Assembly: GCA_951406725.2 (NCBI GenBank)
Contig: OX597835.1
Coordinates: 48,484,001 to 48,548,000, forward strand
Source of the DNA: Octopus vulgaris
Lineage: Eukaryota
DNA: 64,000 bases
Direction: 5' to 3'
Position numbers and translations under genes: made by a program. The first letter of the stretch is position 1, and every line of letters starts with the position of its first letter. The notes below the pieces were generated by a model. It made no database searches. It had not been told where the DNA came from and worked only from the letters and a program-made list of their open reading frames with translations. Below, in pieces: positions 1 to 13,799 of the stretch.

Positions 1-176
1 CTTCTTTTTCAGCGCGTATGTGTTACCTATAGACATCGTTATACACATCTTATTGTAAATGTGTGAGGAACCGATGGATTACACCTCCAACATATTTGCT
101 ATGTCATTGGTTTTGCCTTCCTGCAGGAATACTTAAATGTATTTCCTTTCCCAGAGGAATTCCACTTTATGTTTCA

Positions 177-257
177 TGCTCTGATGAAACTGCAAGATGT
201 TGCTCAGAGATTCAACTAAGAGTCCACCGCATCTTCTATTAGAAACAGCAGTATGCC
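177..257 (+). ncRNA. Degenerate type-I hammerhead ribozyme motif in a probable Penelope-like terminus
   Basis: CTGATGA (181-187), aagatg/catctt pairing in a long stem II, GAAAC-agca-GTA (242-253); stem I pairs poorly. Confidence 0.35.
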
Positions 258-397
258 AATTAAGTTAATAAGGCAATCATTTATTCCTTTGTTATCTCAT
301 TTTTATGTGTTTTTGAATATATCTGTGTGTGTGTGTGTGTGTGTTTGTGTGTGTGTGTTTGTGTGTGTGTGTGAGTGCGCGTGCGTATTATCTCTAA

Positions 398-760
398 ATT
401 GTTTCAGTCATTGAACTGCGGCCATGGTGCTACACCGCCTTCAAAAGTTTTCAATCGAACTAATCGATCTCAGCAATTTGTTTAATTCTGGCTGTTATTC
501 TATCGGTCTTGGGGAACCGCTAAGACGTTACCAAATCAGTATCGTTTGTCAAGAAAACACAGACAAAAGCTTACACACACACACACACACACAAACACGC
601 CCGCACACATACATATACCAGCCCCTTTCGCGTTCCGACTGCCAAATACTCTCACATGGCTTTGGGAAGCCCCGGGCTATAGTAGAAGTCACCTGCTCAA
701 TGTGCCACGCAGGTGGACTGAACCAGGAGCCATGAGGTCGGAAAGCAAACTACTACTACA
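398..760 (-). mobile_element. SINE family A, diverged copy
   Basis: Reverse complement matches 11558-11973 (tttcagtcat..ctgcggccat, gggctatagtagaag, tgccacgcag..ggactgaacc); internal CA tract. Confidence 0.85.
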
Positions 761-1679
761 TAACAATATACAGAGAGCTCGGAAGGTAGAAGCTTGTTTC
801 CCTGTTATTGAATTTTAAGCCTCAGTTCTCAGTGAGTACCAAAATTTCAATCCTTGAGTCAGAACTCATGTCTTTCGGTCGACAAGAGAAATAAAATATC
901 GTGACAACCTTTTACAAACCACATAGATAACAGTTGAATTACTTCTATACGGCTCATTGTCACCTTAATCAGTTTTCAAAGAAAATTACCTCACAAAGTA
1001 TCCATTCTTGCGCCATACATCGTAAGTTCAACCAGGAAACATACATTTAGTTATGAATTCAACACACCGCTTGACGTAATAAACTCACACAGTTTTCTTT
1101 CTCCTTTTCCAATCCAAATTCTACCAACACACCTGAACTACATGCAACAAGTAGTACGTAATTTCTTATATCTTTCGAATGTGAAAAAGGAAGACACATT
1201 ACAACTATTCAAATCATGCTATTCACAGCCAATCAAAACACGTTTTGCATTTAAAATATTTCACAACCACAAATAATTCCGACATTTCTCCAACACGAAC
1301 TGCTGCACGAAAGGGCGAAAATCTGGGATGCACTCGTGAAGATTCATTTTAAAATAAGCTTCCGAAACAGGTGTAAAGAAAGAGAACAGAAAACCTTTAA
1401 TCTTAGGTAGCAATAGTATAACTCAGAGAACTGTGGAATCTTGTTATTTTCGAAATCCGAAGATTGGTCTGAATGCATACAGCAGAGAAGTGGACTCGTC
1501 CAAAATAATTCCAAAGAACAGGTGGTGGCGATGTTAGAATGTGTGACAATATATGTCTAGCATACAAATTAATTCTACAAACTAATATTCATGGAGATAA
1601 AGGCATGAAATTAAATTTATCATTCTCTCATCAGCACCGTAATTCTAGTACCGAGCCGAATGATAAGTATTTATATATA

Positions 1680-1730
<51 letters not shown>

Positions 1731-1740
1731 CATATATACC

Positions 1741-1796
<56 letters not shown>

Positions 1797-1800
1797 CACC

Positions 1801-1848
<48 letters not shown>

Positions 1849-1903
1849 GGTGTATATATTTATGTGTGTATTACATATATATGTATATATGTATATATAT
1901 AAG

Positions 1904-1934
<31 letters not shown>

Positions 1935-2116
1935 CCATACATATATATCTACATACATAAATATATATACGTATATTTGTATGTATATATATATGTAAAT
2001 ATATGTATTTATATATTTATATATGTATTTGTCTATGTACTTATGTATGCTAATGTGTGTGTTTATCATAAATATTTATGTGTGTGTGTGCTATAAAAGT
2101 AAACGATATCCCATTT

Positions 2117-2165
<49 letters not shown>

Positions 2166-2495
2166 TATATGTCATGTATACCTATAGTAAACAAAAGAAA
2201 TGTCTGCAAAAACTTATCGTGATAAACATAAACAGAGGATCTCTCACGCTCTCTCCCTTGCTCTCTCTCTTTCCCTCTCTCTGTGGTTGTATATCTATCT
2301 ATTTTTATCTTTCAATCACTCTCTCCTATATTTGTCTTTCATTTTCATTCTCCCGCCTAATCTGTTTCTTCCTATTTCTTCATCTTTCTCTTTCTATCAA
2401 TCTTTCTATCTCTATGTGTGTATGTGTGTCTCTCTCTCATTCACTCTCTCTCTCTCTCACACACACACTCCTTCTCTCTCTCTTTCTCTCTCTTC

Positions 2496-2543
<48 letters not shown>

Positions 2544-3024
2544 CTAAATAAAATTGTCAAGATAATAGGAATACCGTGAAAATATGATTCCTTTCGATTC
2601 CATTCTAGTGTCTAAACCCACCCTGTCCCACCACGTCTATTCACATTGCCTACCCACCCTATGAAAAAAAGGGAGGAAAAAAGCAGGAGAAAGATAAATA
2701 TATAAAATAATAAAATAAATAGACAAAATATAACAAAAACATCACAATAAAAATTATGATAAATAGATATAACAGAAAGAATATATAATATATTTGAAAA
2801 AGGAGAAAAAAATTCTTTTCTTTCTTCATAATTAATAATCGTACCATGAAGAAAAAATAATACTTATTCGAAAAAGAAAGAAATGAATAATAAAAAAAAA
2901 AAACGTCCACATATACACAGGAATATACACATACGCACACAAATGTATATAATTGTATACACATAAAGACGTATTGCTAAATATACGTATATAAGTGTTT
3001 ATACATATGTGTACGATACACATG

Positions 3025-3055
<31 letters not shown>

Positions 3056-3222
3056 GTATGTATACGCGCGCGCGCACACATACACACACATACACACACA
3101 AACACAAACACACACAAAAACAAAAGCAGACGCATACATATATATGAACACATATTACATACATATATGTTTGTATGTGAGGATTTCTCTCTCTCTCTTT
3201 CTTTCTCTATCTACCTATCTAG

Positions 3223-3326
<104 letters not shown>

Positions 3327-3695
3327 AGAAAGTGAGAGCGAGAGAGAGAGAGTGAGAGAGATAAAGTGATAGGTAGCGAGTATATATCTATATATAAATC
3401 TATCTATATATCTATATATATTTGTGTGTGTGTGTATGTGGACATACATGCATGCACAACACGCGCAACACACGCACAACATACACACAAACACACAAAC
3501 AGATATATACATGTGGATAGAGAGATAAAGGGATAGATACACACACACACACGTACACACGCACTCAGACACGCACACATATATATATATATATATATAT
3601 GTACATGTGTGTGTGTGTTTGTGTGTGACTGTGTATATGCATGTATATATATATGCATACATATATACACACCTCGCATGCATACACCCGCGCAT

Positions 3696-3742
<47 letters not shown>

Positions 3743-4016
3743 TAATACATATACCGTGAAAATATCATTATATTCTAGATATAACTGTCTAACTGTCATA
3801 ATTTTTGATATAGCGTGAAACAAGAAGAAGAAAAAGATGGTTATATGAAACTGCCGGGTTTGTCTATTATTTTTGCAGACTTTCTGCTGAAAATTACACA
3901 AGCATTATTAAAACGTAACTGACCATATCCCACCGTTAATCTATTTAAAATGCTACCTCCTACCTTCTCAAGTGAAAACAAAGACATACATCGTTTGTGT
4001 AGGAAAATATACATTA

Positions 4017-4068
<52 letters not shown>

Positions 4069-4081
4069 ACGGTGCATGTGG

Positions 4082-4116
<35 letters not shown>

Positions 4117-4226
4117 GTATATATCCCTGTATGCTAATACGTATAACGATATGTGCGTGTGTTTGTGTTTAAAAATAACAAAGAAAATAGATATGACAAA
4201 AGTAAAGTGAAAGGAAAAAACATAAC

Positions 4227-4310
<84 letters not shown>

Positions 4311-4400
4311 TGAAACTCCCCAAAAATATATAAATGAGAAGTAAATAAATGGCGGTGAAAATGTATACTTATAACAATAACATCAACAATATCATCATAG

Positions 4401-4439
<39 letters not shown>

Positions 4440-4696
4440 ACGTCGTCAGCATTATGATCACGATCATCGTCGTTATCATCGTCAGCACTAACTGTGTGAT
4501 CTTCGCCATCACTGCTACCACCACCATAATCATCATCATCATCATCAATGACGACTCTAAACAACAGCAACAACAACAACAGCAACCACAGCAAAGACAG
4601 CAATTCTGAAAGCTATAACAGAAGGCATAGACTAAATAAATATGGAAATAAAGAAATAAGTCATTTGAAATCTTGTTGAAAGAAAATCTGAAAGTA

Positions 4697-4733
<37 letters not shown>

Positions 4734-4898
4734 TGCGCTAATGAGGGTATATGTGTGTTTGTGAGTCTTATGTGTGTGTTTACAATTCGAAATATAAATG
4801 TTTGTGCATTTGTATATTTTAGTGAATATCTACAGCACACATAAACACACACACATACACACATACATTATGTATGTACGCATGTAGGTGTACATAGA

Positions 4899-4952
<54 letters not shown>

Positions 4953-4997
4953 TATGTGAACATATACATATATATACATATATATATATATACACAC

Positions 4998-5050
<53 letters not shown>

Positions 5051-5259
5051 CTTACATATATAAATTTTATACGCAGTCACACAAACATATATGTGTAAAC
5101 AAAAGTATACATTTAAATATATATACATATATATATATGCATGTGTCTGCTTGTCTTGATAGAAATCCGGTGTTAATACCAACACTGAGTACATTGGGCC
5201 ACCCTTCTACAAGATGCAATACACGTCAACTGCACCTCATCCTGCAGCTGCGACTGGGA

Positions 5260-5500
5260 TATGTTTCACCTGTGCTGGATATGTTCCAAGGTCCAAAGAC
5301 AACAACTGGACCCTCGCAAGTGTCGAGTGGTCGTCAAGAGATCGGAAGAATTCCTTGGAACCCCTCATACACAATAGGAAAACGAAATATTAAAATAATT
5401 CAAGTGAAAGAATTGGGTGTAATCCAGGAAAAATGAAAGAGCATTGTGGTCAGTAATGCACAGAGACAAATGATAGCTTGATCCATACACATGCACACAT
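5260..5500 (+). pseudogene. RTE-clade LINE 3' fragment (RT C-terminus)
   Basis: Translates CAGYVPRSKDNNWTLASVEWSSRDRKNS, resembling the RTE motif WAGHVAR..DNRWT..V.EW.PR..KR..GRP. Confidence 0.5.
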
Positions 5501-6139
5501 ATACATATACATATGCATCTAAACGTATTTTTATACGTCTCTACATGTATGTCTACAGGCGCGGATTAATAGATTGAGTAAATGAGCTGATGTCCAGGTT
5601 CAGATTTACTCAGTATGGAGAACATGAGAGATTTTGTATCATACCTATAATAGGTAAATCACTATTTCTGTGAAATGGTTTATTTTCTGACTGTGCGAAT
5701 ATTTTGGCTCAGATTATGAAGTAACCTAAAGATATATCTTCTTCTTAGGGATGATTGTACATGGATGAACCCGATGTGCTTTTCTTTAGTTTCAAAGGTG
5801 ATGTGCTTTGACTCATGTACAGTAATGCAATACGCCCCGTCCTGTTTCTAATAGAGTACTCCTCAGGTTCAAAGCCCTTTTGTCAAATATTTCCTGCATG
5901 GCTATATATTCTGCATCGTGTGCGCATATCATTTCAAATGCTGTTCGCCTTCTACATTACTTAAATATATATCCACGTATACGTATATAAAGATATATAT
6001 TTCCGTACACAATTAAACTCCCTTACTCAATCACACATAAATGGGCACAACCCATTGAATTCTCATTCATAAAGCGTTTTCACAATTTAAAATAAATGTC
6101 TGTATATACTTTACGTTCCTTACCATATAAAAGTGTAAT

Positions 6140-6598
6140 TTTTATTTATAAATACATATTATAATTATTATAAAAACCAAAAGAGAAAATGGAGATAAGA
6201 TTACTAAAAATTTATTAATACATTGACAAGACCTAAAATTGTTTCAATTCATCGCTTATAGTATAAAAATCAATCAAATTTAATTTAATTTAATCATTTT
6301 GGTTAATCATTATTAACTAGAATACCATAAGGAAAACGTACAAAGATATTTAGAAATATTTCATATTAAAAACATAATGAAATATATACAAATTTCTTTG
6401 TACGTTCTTCCCTGGTGATATTCTGTCTTATAATAATTAACCAAAATGATTAAATTAAATTAAATTTGATTGATTTTATACTATAAGCGAGGAATTGAAA
6501 CAATTGTAGGTCTTATTAATGTATTAATAAATTTTTATTTATCTTATCTCCATCTCTCTTGGTTTTTGCAATAATAATAATATATATATAAGTGTACC
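6140..6598. repeat. Fold-back element with ~200-bp imperfect inverted arms and a degenerate hammerhead in each arm
   Basis: 6140-6350 is the reverse complement of 6390-6598 (e.g. aatcaatcaaatttaatttaatttaatcattttggttaat vs attaaccaaaatgattaaattaaattaaatttgattgatt); right arm has cCTGGTGA-tattc...gaatt-GAAAC-AATT-GTA-gg. Confidence 0.85.
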
Positions 6599-7270
6599 TA
6601 TATTGTAAGATATTCAACCAGTGTAATCGTGGATATTTGACTGTCTCAGGTTTATTTATCCTCACCTGTACTTTTATATATATAATATATATATATATGC
6701 ATAAATACATACATACATACATACATACATACATACATACATACATACGCACACAATACATGTGGGTATATTGTGAAGAGTCAATTGCACTGATATCGGT
6801 TTGCTTAGTGGTTAACACAATCACAAGGCGCACAGCTTCTGGGAGACGAGAGACACATTGTTCGATTGCCAGAGATGATATTAAAAACACTTCTTTCTCT
6901 CCTTCTCACTTTCTTTCCCACTCAGTCTCCTTTTCTTTCTCCTCTTCGTCTCTCTCTCTCTCTCCCTGCAGAAATGAAAATGTAGATTAGGAAGCTAAAA
7001 ATTATTTATAATTAACAAAGAAGCGAAGATGGCCGATTTGTTAATGATGAATAATTGTTGACTTTCTAATCGCCATTTACTTTTCTTCTTTTAACTGGAT
7101 ATAAACTATACGCTTAATATATGCATATTGCTTACAAGGGTATTTCATTACCCAACGCTACTAGGTATTGAACCAGTATTTCTTTGGAAGCAGCCCTTTG
7201 GTTGAACGCAACCCTTCCTTTGGACGGTACCCTTCACGAGGATAACTTATCCTCTAATTGAATTTATATA

Positions 7271-7315
<45 letters not shown>

Positions 7316-7365
7316 AATAAAAGAATAGAATGTATATTTAAATATATATATATATATATATATAT

Positions 7366-7660
7366 TGATAAAACGGTAAGATAACAAAAGAAAGAAAGAG
7401 ACCTCAATATTATGTAAATAGAGGAAATTTATCTATACAATATGTTACATTACTCGGTAGTCAAGATAAAACTCTGAGTTTCAGATGCCGAAGTGAAATC
7501 CACAACACCATCTCTTCGGTTATCTGGCTATTTGAAAACGTTATTTGATAACGTTTTCAAATAGCCAGATAACCGAAGAGATGGTGTTGTGGATTTCCAC
7601 TTCGGCATCTGAAACTCAGAGTTTTATCTTGACTACCGAGTAATGTAACATATTGTATAG

Positions 7661-7663
<3 letters not shown>
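7366..7663. mobile_element. Fold-back Penelope-like terminal element inserted in (TA)n
   Basis: Arms 7430-7544 and 7548-7663 are reverse complements except for one 1-nt indel, with a 3-nt loop; same family as 56366-56875; TA tracts on both sides. Confidence 0.9.
7567..7629 (+). ncRNA. Type-I hammerhead ribozyme motif, U4C variant (mirror copy on - strand at ~7464-7525)
   Basis: Stem I agataa/ttatct, core CCGAAGA, stem II gatg/catc, GAAAC-tcaga-GTT. Confidence 0.65.
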
Positions 7664-7691
<28 letters not shown>

Positions 7692-7758
7692 GTGAGTATG
7701 AATATAGAATATACATACATATCTATACATACATATATATATATAAATACATGCATAC

Positions 7759-7795
<37 letters not shown>

Positions 7796-8371
7796 CACTG
7801 CAACAACAGCCACAACAGCAAAGAGAGTGGAACAAACGCTAGAGTGGGTGGGAGTGTTGGTTGATTCTGAAAAAGGTATTAAGAGTCAATGAGGAAAGCA
7901 GCACTGTGTGGTCGCCGCACATACATGTATACACACATACACACGCATATATATGTATATATATGTGTGTGTGTTTATGTGTGTGCGTGCATGTATATAT
8001 ATATATATATACACACACATGTGCGCGCGGTAGCTAACTTGTGATCATATCCGCAGAATCCATTTGGCATTTTATTCTTCACAAGATGAAGACTTCAGAA
8101 GTCGTCATTCCTCGCTTAAAGTGAACGCGCATGTCTTTGCTATGATTATCTTTTCATATATCTGTATGTATGCATGTATATATATGTGTGTGTATGCATG
8201 TGTTTATGTGTGGGTGTGTATGCGCGCAACTGTGTATACATATCATGTATATATATATATATGTGTGTGTGTATATATATATTTATATATATATATATAT
8301 ATATATACGTAAATATATGTAAGCACATTATGCATAAACGTATATATATATATATTTCTGTAGATGTGTCC

Positions 8372-8408
<37 letters not shown>

Positions 8409-8479
8409 CATATTGTTTTATGAATTGAACCACACCTAAATGGACGCTTTGAAAATGATAGCAAAATATCGTTGATGAT

Positions 8480-8567
<88 letters not shown>

Positions 8568-8588
8568 CGACGACGACGACGACGATGA

Positions 8589-8622
<34 letters not shown>

Positions 8623-9077
8623 GGTGATGGTTGCGGTTGTGGTGGTGGTGACGCCGGCGTTGGTGGCTGTGACGCCGGCGTTGGTGTGTCTGATTATGAT
8701 GAGGTGAAGCATGTGAAAGGAAGAAGAGAAAGAAGTGGTGGGGAACGTGCTAAAGATGATGGAGGATAACCGCATCGACGACAAAAGTACGTGGGAGGCA
8801 AGTTTGATGACGAAGATGTGAAGAAGGGGAAGAAAAAGAAGAAGAAGAAGAAGAAGAAGAAGAAGAAGAAGAAGAAGAAGAAGAAGAAGAAGAAGGAAGA
8901 AGACAATTATGAGAAACGATTAACTTCTGGCGTTATATATATGTGTATATATATGAAAGCCGAAGAGAAAGCAATTTCGCTGGCAGAAAAGGAAAGAAAC
9001 CTATTATATGTAATAACTGTACAACATTCATAAATAAAGGTATATTCAATTCCATATAGCTTCAATTCCAAACTTTT

Positions 9078-9279
9078 ACCTCTGCGGCCATGCTGGGGCA
9101 CCGCTTTGAACAGTTTTTAGTCAAATGAGTCGATCTAATTACATAACTTTGTTGATCTTCGTAATTTTCTATTCGTTTGTTTTGGCGATCCGCTAATTTG
9201 TGAGGATGTAAACACACCAACACCGGAACAGTGGTCGCTAAGCGGTGGTGGGCGGATGACACAGACACAAAGACACGCA

Positions 9280-9280
<1 letters not shown>
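9078..9280 (-). mobile_element. SINE family A, 3' half
   Basis: ctgcggccatgctggggcaccgc...cgctaa...gtaaacacaccaacaccgg...acagacacaaagacac. Confidence 0.75.
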
Positions 9281-9310
<30 letters not shown>

Positions 9311-9383
9311 GTATGTACATACATATACATACATATACATACACACAACATACAAACATACATACATACATACATACATGCAC

Positions 9384-9442
<59 letters not shown>

Positions 9443-9485
9443 ATTATAGCTTCCCTATCCACCTTTGTTTTATATATATATATAT

Positions 9486-9990
9486 ATGGAAAACAAAGGT
9501 GGATAGGGAACGCTAGTAATTTTAAATGCCGTTAGGAAATTTGACGTCATAGGACGAGAGAAGAAGAGAAGGAAGAGAGAAAGGAGAAATGGAGGTATAA
9601 ACAAATAGAAAGTCAATGACAGATAGATAGAAAAGATGAAGGAAAAAAATAGGAGGTATACGGTAGAAGAATAAAGATTAAGTTGCAGATATTATTAGGT
9701 AAGCAGATATTATTTGAAATAGCTGGAAGAGTGTTTTTCCAACGTTCTTTATAGGTATTGACAAGTGTGTGTTTGAAAAAAGGATAAATTGATGATCTTC
9801 TGTACAAAAAAGGGGTAGAAGGATTTCCCTTTATCATAGGGAAATGATCTTGATAAAATTTTCCAATCCCAAGAATATTGTTTATTACAGTCTTTGAGAT
9901 GCCAAATTAGTTTTCTAAGATCTGTAGTATTACGTTTATGAATATATTTAAATATAGAAAGGTGGCTGGCAAGTCGTTTTTTTAATTCCT
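9486..9990 (-). pseudogene. Penelope-like element 3' end (GIY-YIG endonuclease C-terminal half plus 3' UTR), left inverted arm
   Basis: LKKRLASHLSIFKY..TTDLRKLIWHLKDCNKQYSWDWKILSRSFPYDKGK; reverse complement of 10504-11280. Confidence 0.85.
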
Positions 9991-10228
9991 CAATAAATCG
10001 CATGAACCTAGTAAAACTATTTGGCTCATTATTCCATACGGAAAGGAAATTAAAAGTACCAATTTCTTCAAGCCACTGAAAGGAACTTTCCCAAGCATTC
10101 CAGATACTACTCCAGTTTCAACACACACAGTGTCCGAATTGGTTTCTCCAACACCAATGACATCCTACACATTATATCTTCGCATAACAACTATATTCTT
10201 AAGGGTAAAAGGGTTTTGCTTAATAACT

Positions 10229-10295
<67 letters not shown>

Positions 10296-10394
10296 TGATG
10301 ATGATGATGATGATAATAATAATAATAATAATAATAACGATGATCCCCCCCTTAGATAATAGTATCAATAGTAATAGTACTGTTAATTGGGGTT

Positions 10395-11280
10395 CGAATA
10401 AAACATGCGTTCTCAACGAAAATTGTAGAATTATAAACGTTGTTTATCAATGTGAAATTTTTGCAGGATCTAAAGAATTTTTATATTAGACTTTCATCCA
10501 CAGAATTAAAAAAAAACGACTTGCCGACCACTTTTCTACATTCATATATAATCATAACTGTAATACTAAAGGTCTTAGCAAATTAATTTGGCATCTCAAA
10601 GACTGTAATAAACAATTTTCTTTGGATTGGAAACTTTTATCAAGATCATTTTCCTATGATAAAGGGAAATCTTTCTGCCCTCTTTGTACGGACGAACAAC
10701 TATTAATCCTTTCTACCAAACACATAATCGTCAACACCTATAAAGAACGTGTTTACAGGTGTTTACATTGGAAAAAAACTCTCTTTCAGCTATTTCAAAT
10801 AATATCTGCTCCCTTGCCTAATAATATCTGAAAATTAAGCTTTATTCTTTCACCCCATACTTTATATTCTTATTTCTTTATTGCCCACAAGGGGCTAAAC
10901 ATTGAGGGGAAAAACAAGGACAGACAAAGGGATTAAGTCGATTATATCGATCCCAGTGCGCAACTGGTACATAATTTATCGACCCCGAAAGGATGAAAGG
11001 CAAAGTTGACCTCGGCAGAATTTGAACTAAGAACGTAAACACAGACGAAATACCGCGAAGCATTTCGCACGATGTGCTAACGTTTCTGCCAGCTCGACGC
11101 CTTTTATTCTTTCCTTGATCTTTTCTATCAATCTATCATTCACTTTCTATTTGTTTTTACCTTCATTTCTCCTCTGATTTTCCTTCTCTCTTCCTTCTCT
11201 TCGTCTCTCGTCCTATGACGTCAAATTTCCTAACGGTATTTTAAAATTACTAGCGTTCCCTATCCACCTTTGTTTTCCAT
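10395..11280 (+). pseudogene. Penelope-like element 3' end (GIY-YIG endonuclease plus 3' UTR), frameshifted and interrupted by a SINE
   Basis: KTCVLNENCRIINVVYQCEI...KKRLADH..LSKLIWHLK..DWKLL..YDKGKSFCPLCTDEQLLIL..VN..E...CLH, the pattern of PLE GIY-YIG domains; ends in (TA)n. Confidence 0.85.
10873..11103 (-). mobile_element. SINE family B, Tx1-like tail subtype
   Basis: Head aaggcgtcgagctggcagaaacgttagc with B-box-like gttcaaattc; core gcctttcatcctttcggggtcgataaa; tail ttgtgggcaataaagaaa; absent from the paired inverted arm. Confidence 0.9.
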
Positions 11281-11289
11281 ATATATATA

Positions 11290-12062
11290 ACAATAATTAA
11301 TGGTTTAGCAACAAGTTGCTTAACCACATACCGAAAAATGTAGAAATAGCAGCCAAAAGGCCGTTATTTCTTTTCGCTACAAAATATGACTCCACAGATA
11401 ACACTATCCGTAACTCACACAGACAAAAAAAGGAAAACAATGAAATAAAACAGTCTTCGATTAATTATGGACGTGTTTCTGGATTAGAATTATAAAAATT
11501 CATTTCCGTTATCGACATAATAGGGCGTAGGAGTGGCTGTGTGGTAAGTAGCTTGTCAGGGCGTAGGAGTGGCTGTGTGGTAAGTAGCTTGTTTACCAAC
11601 CACATGGTTCCGGGTTCAGTCCCACTGCGTGGCACCTTGGGCAAGTGTCTTCTACTATAGTCTCGGGCCGACCAATGCCTTGTGAGTGGATTTGGTAGAC
11701 GGAAACTAGAAGAAGCCCGTCATATATATGTATATGTATATGCGTGTGTGTGTTTGTGTGTCTGTGTTTGTCCCCCTAGCATTGCTTGGGAACCGATGCT
11801 GGTGTGTATATGTCCCCGCTACTTAGCGGTTCGGCAAAAGAAACCGATAGAATAAGTACTGGGCTTACAAAAGAATAAGTGCCGGGGTCGAGTTGCTCGA
11901 TTAAAGGCGGTGCTCCAGCATGGCCGCAGTCAAATGACTGAAACATGTAAAAGAGTAAAGAGTAAAAGAGTAATATTTCGAGAATTATAAATTTGAAAAT
12001 GCTAGAAAACTTACCTTTTGCATTTCCGACCAAGCGCCATCAGAACATCACACAAGGCAGTT

Positions 12063-12063
<1 letters not shown>
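11290..12063 (-). mobile_element. Degenerate copy of the hammerhead-bearing terminal repeat seen at 55356-55790, split by a SINE
   Basis: accacataccgaa..tagaaatagcagcc..atggacgtgtttc..attaga matches the reverse complement of 55585-55790; acttacctt resumes after the SINE; TA tracts on both sides. Confidence 0.55.
11522..11973 (+). mobile_element. SINE family A, full length, with a 36-bp duplicated head
   Basis: tRNA-like head (A box tggctgtgtggt, B box ggttcagtccc), CORE-like caccttgggcaagtg, internal TA/TG tract, (gagtaaaa)n tail; head repeated at 11522-11557. Confidence 0.92.
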
Positions 12064-12124
<61 letters not shown>

Positions 12125-12395
12125 TATATCATATATCATATATTGTAGTTTCTTACATCTGTACAAATGATTTATTGAACGCTGTTGTCAATATCCTCCC
12201 TGACAACATTGATGCATTTTCCCGCATTATTCTTCCTCTCAGATTTATTTTAATGCATTTATCGAAACACATGGCGATGATATAAATGATTTAAATAACA
12301 TCTTGAGCGTTTGTCTCCATTTTCCACTATTCTCATGTTTTCCAAAACACCTCTCAATTCTCCTCGGAGGATCTTTCCTGGTAAATTGAACATTC

Positions 12396-12444
<49 letters not shown>

Positions 12445-12454
12445 AGTGTGTGTG

Positions 12455-12655
12455 TGTCCTTGTGTCTGTCCCCCAACCCACCACTTGACAACCAGTGTTG
12501 GTATGTTCATGTCCCCGTAACTAAGCGGTTCGGCAAAAGGGAACGATAGAAATAGTATGAGAAAAGAACTGGTCTCGATACATTCCACTATAAATTCTGC
12601 AAGGTGATGTCCCATCATTGCTGCAGTCTAATGACTGAAACAACTAAAAGATAAA
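12455..12655 (+). mobile_element. SINE family A, 3' half
   Basis: gtccccgtaactaagcggttcggcaaaag...gcagtctaatgactgaaaca. Confidence 0.8.
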
Positions 12656-12949
12656 ATATATGTGTCTGTGTGAATAACAAATACACCTCTGTCCAATACC
12701 ATACAACTACTAGTTTTGATTTATTAAAATTATCTCCGGCTTTGGACGCGTAATTATCATTTGGCAATTAAGACTAGCAGCTTCCCACTTTCAGCTGGAG
12801 ATTGTATGGTATTTAATATGCCTCCATTTTACATCGTTATTCAGAGAGATGACGTTGTCCTTTCCAAGTTATTTTTCTCAGTTCATTTTTGTAAATATTT
12901 TATGCTTGTCTATTAAAAGTGTTAGTAAAAGTATACACCATAGAAATAA

Positions 12950-13146
12950 CGTTTTCAAGTTTTGGCTCAAGGCCAGCAATTTTAAGGGCAGGGTTTAGTC
13001 GACACCGGTGCTCAATTACTACTTATTTCATCGACCCCGAAATGATGAATTGCAAAGTCAACCTCGGCGGAATTTGAACTGTGAAATTGCAGACGGACGA
13101 AAATGCCGCTAAACATTTTCCCGACACGCTAACTATTCCTCCGACA
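12950..13146 (-). mobile_element. SINE family B, diverged
   Basis: tcgaccccgaaatgatgaattgcaaagtcaacctcggcggaatttgaact...gacggacgaaaatgccgctaa. Confidence 0.8.
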
Positions 13147-13479
13147 GCACTGAGGGAGAATGAATAAGAACACGTATCATCTACGGCGTTCCCACTATGA
13201 CCATCTCGTCTCAGTTTAAATCCAGCGTCTTCTAATTTCATATATATTTTTTTTTTTATTTCCTGCAGCCTTGTGATGACAAATTTTGCCATTGTGACCC
13301 CCCGTTATAATCAAATAATAGAATTGTAAAGGTTTCCCTATCTCCCTTTGTTTGTCCGTCTCTCTAAGGAAAATAACGCTGTTCATATAGTATTTATCTA
13401 TAGTAATTATCTCCCTTGCTAACTATATAATAATTCAAATGTTTTTTCTCATTTAGCAAGTAATGCTGGAAATATACGA

Positions 13480-13697
13480 CGCAGTGAGCTGACCGAATCG
13501 TTAGCAATCCGGGAGAAATGCTTAGCCACATTTCGGCCGTCTTGACAGTCTGAGTTCAAATTACGCCGTGGTTCACTTTGCCTTTCATCCTTTCGGAGTT
13601 GATAAAATAAATACCAGTTACAGCACTGGGAAGATGTAATCCCTTTTTGTTTCCCTTTCCCCAAAATCGCTAGCCTTGAACCAAAATTTGAAATCAA
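13480..13697 (+). mobile_element. SINE family B
   Basis: gagctgaccgaatcgttagc...tgagttcaaatt...ctttgcctttcatcctttcgg...ccaaaatttgaaatc. Confidence 0.85.
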
Positions 13698-13799
13698 TGT
13701 TGGGAAAATATGAACATACTTTTGCCTCTGTGTGAAGTAACAGCAAATAAAAGTGATGGTTAAACAGTATTATTGTTATTAATGAAATACATTTATTGC

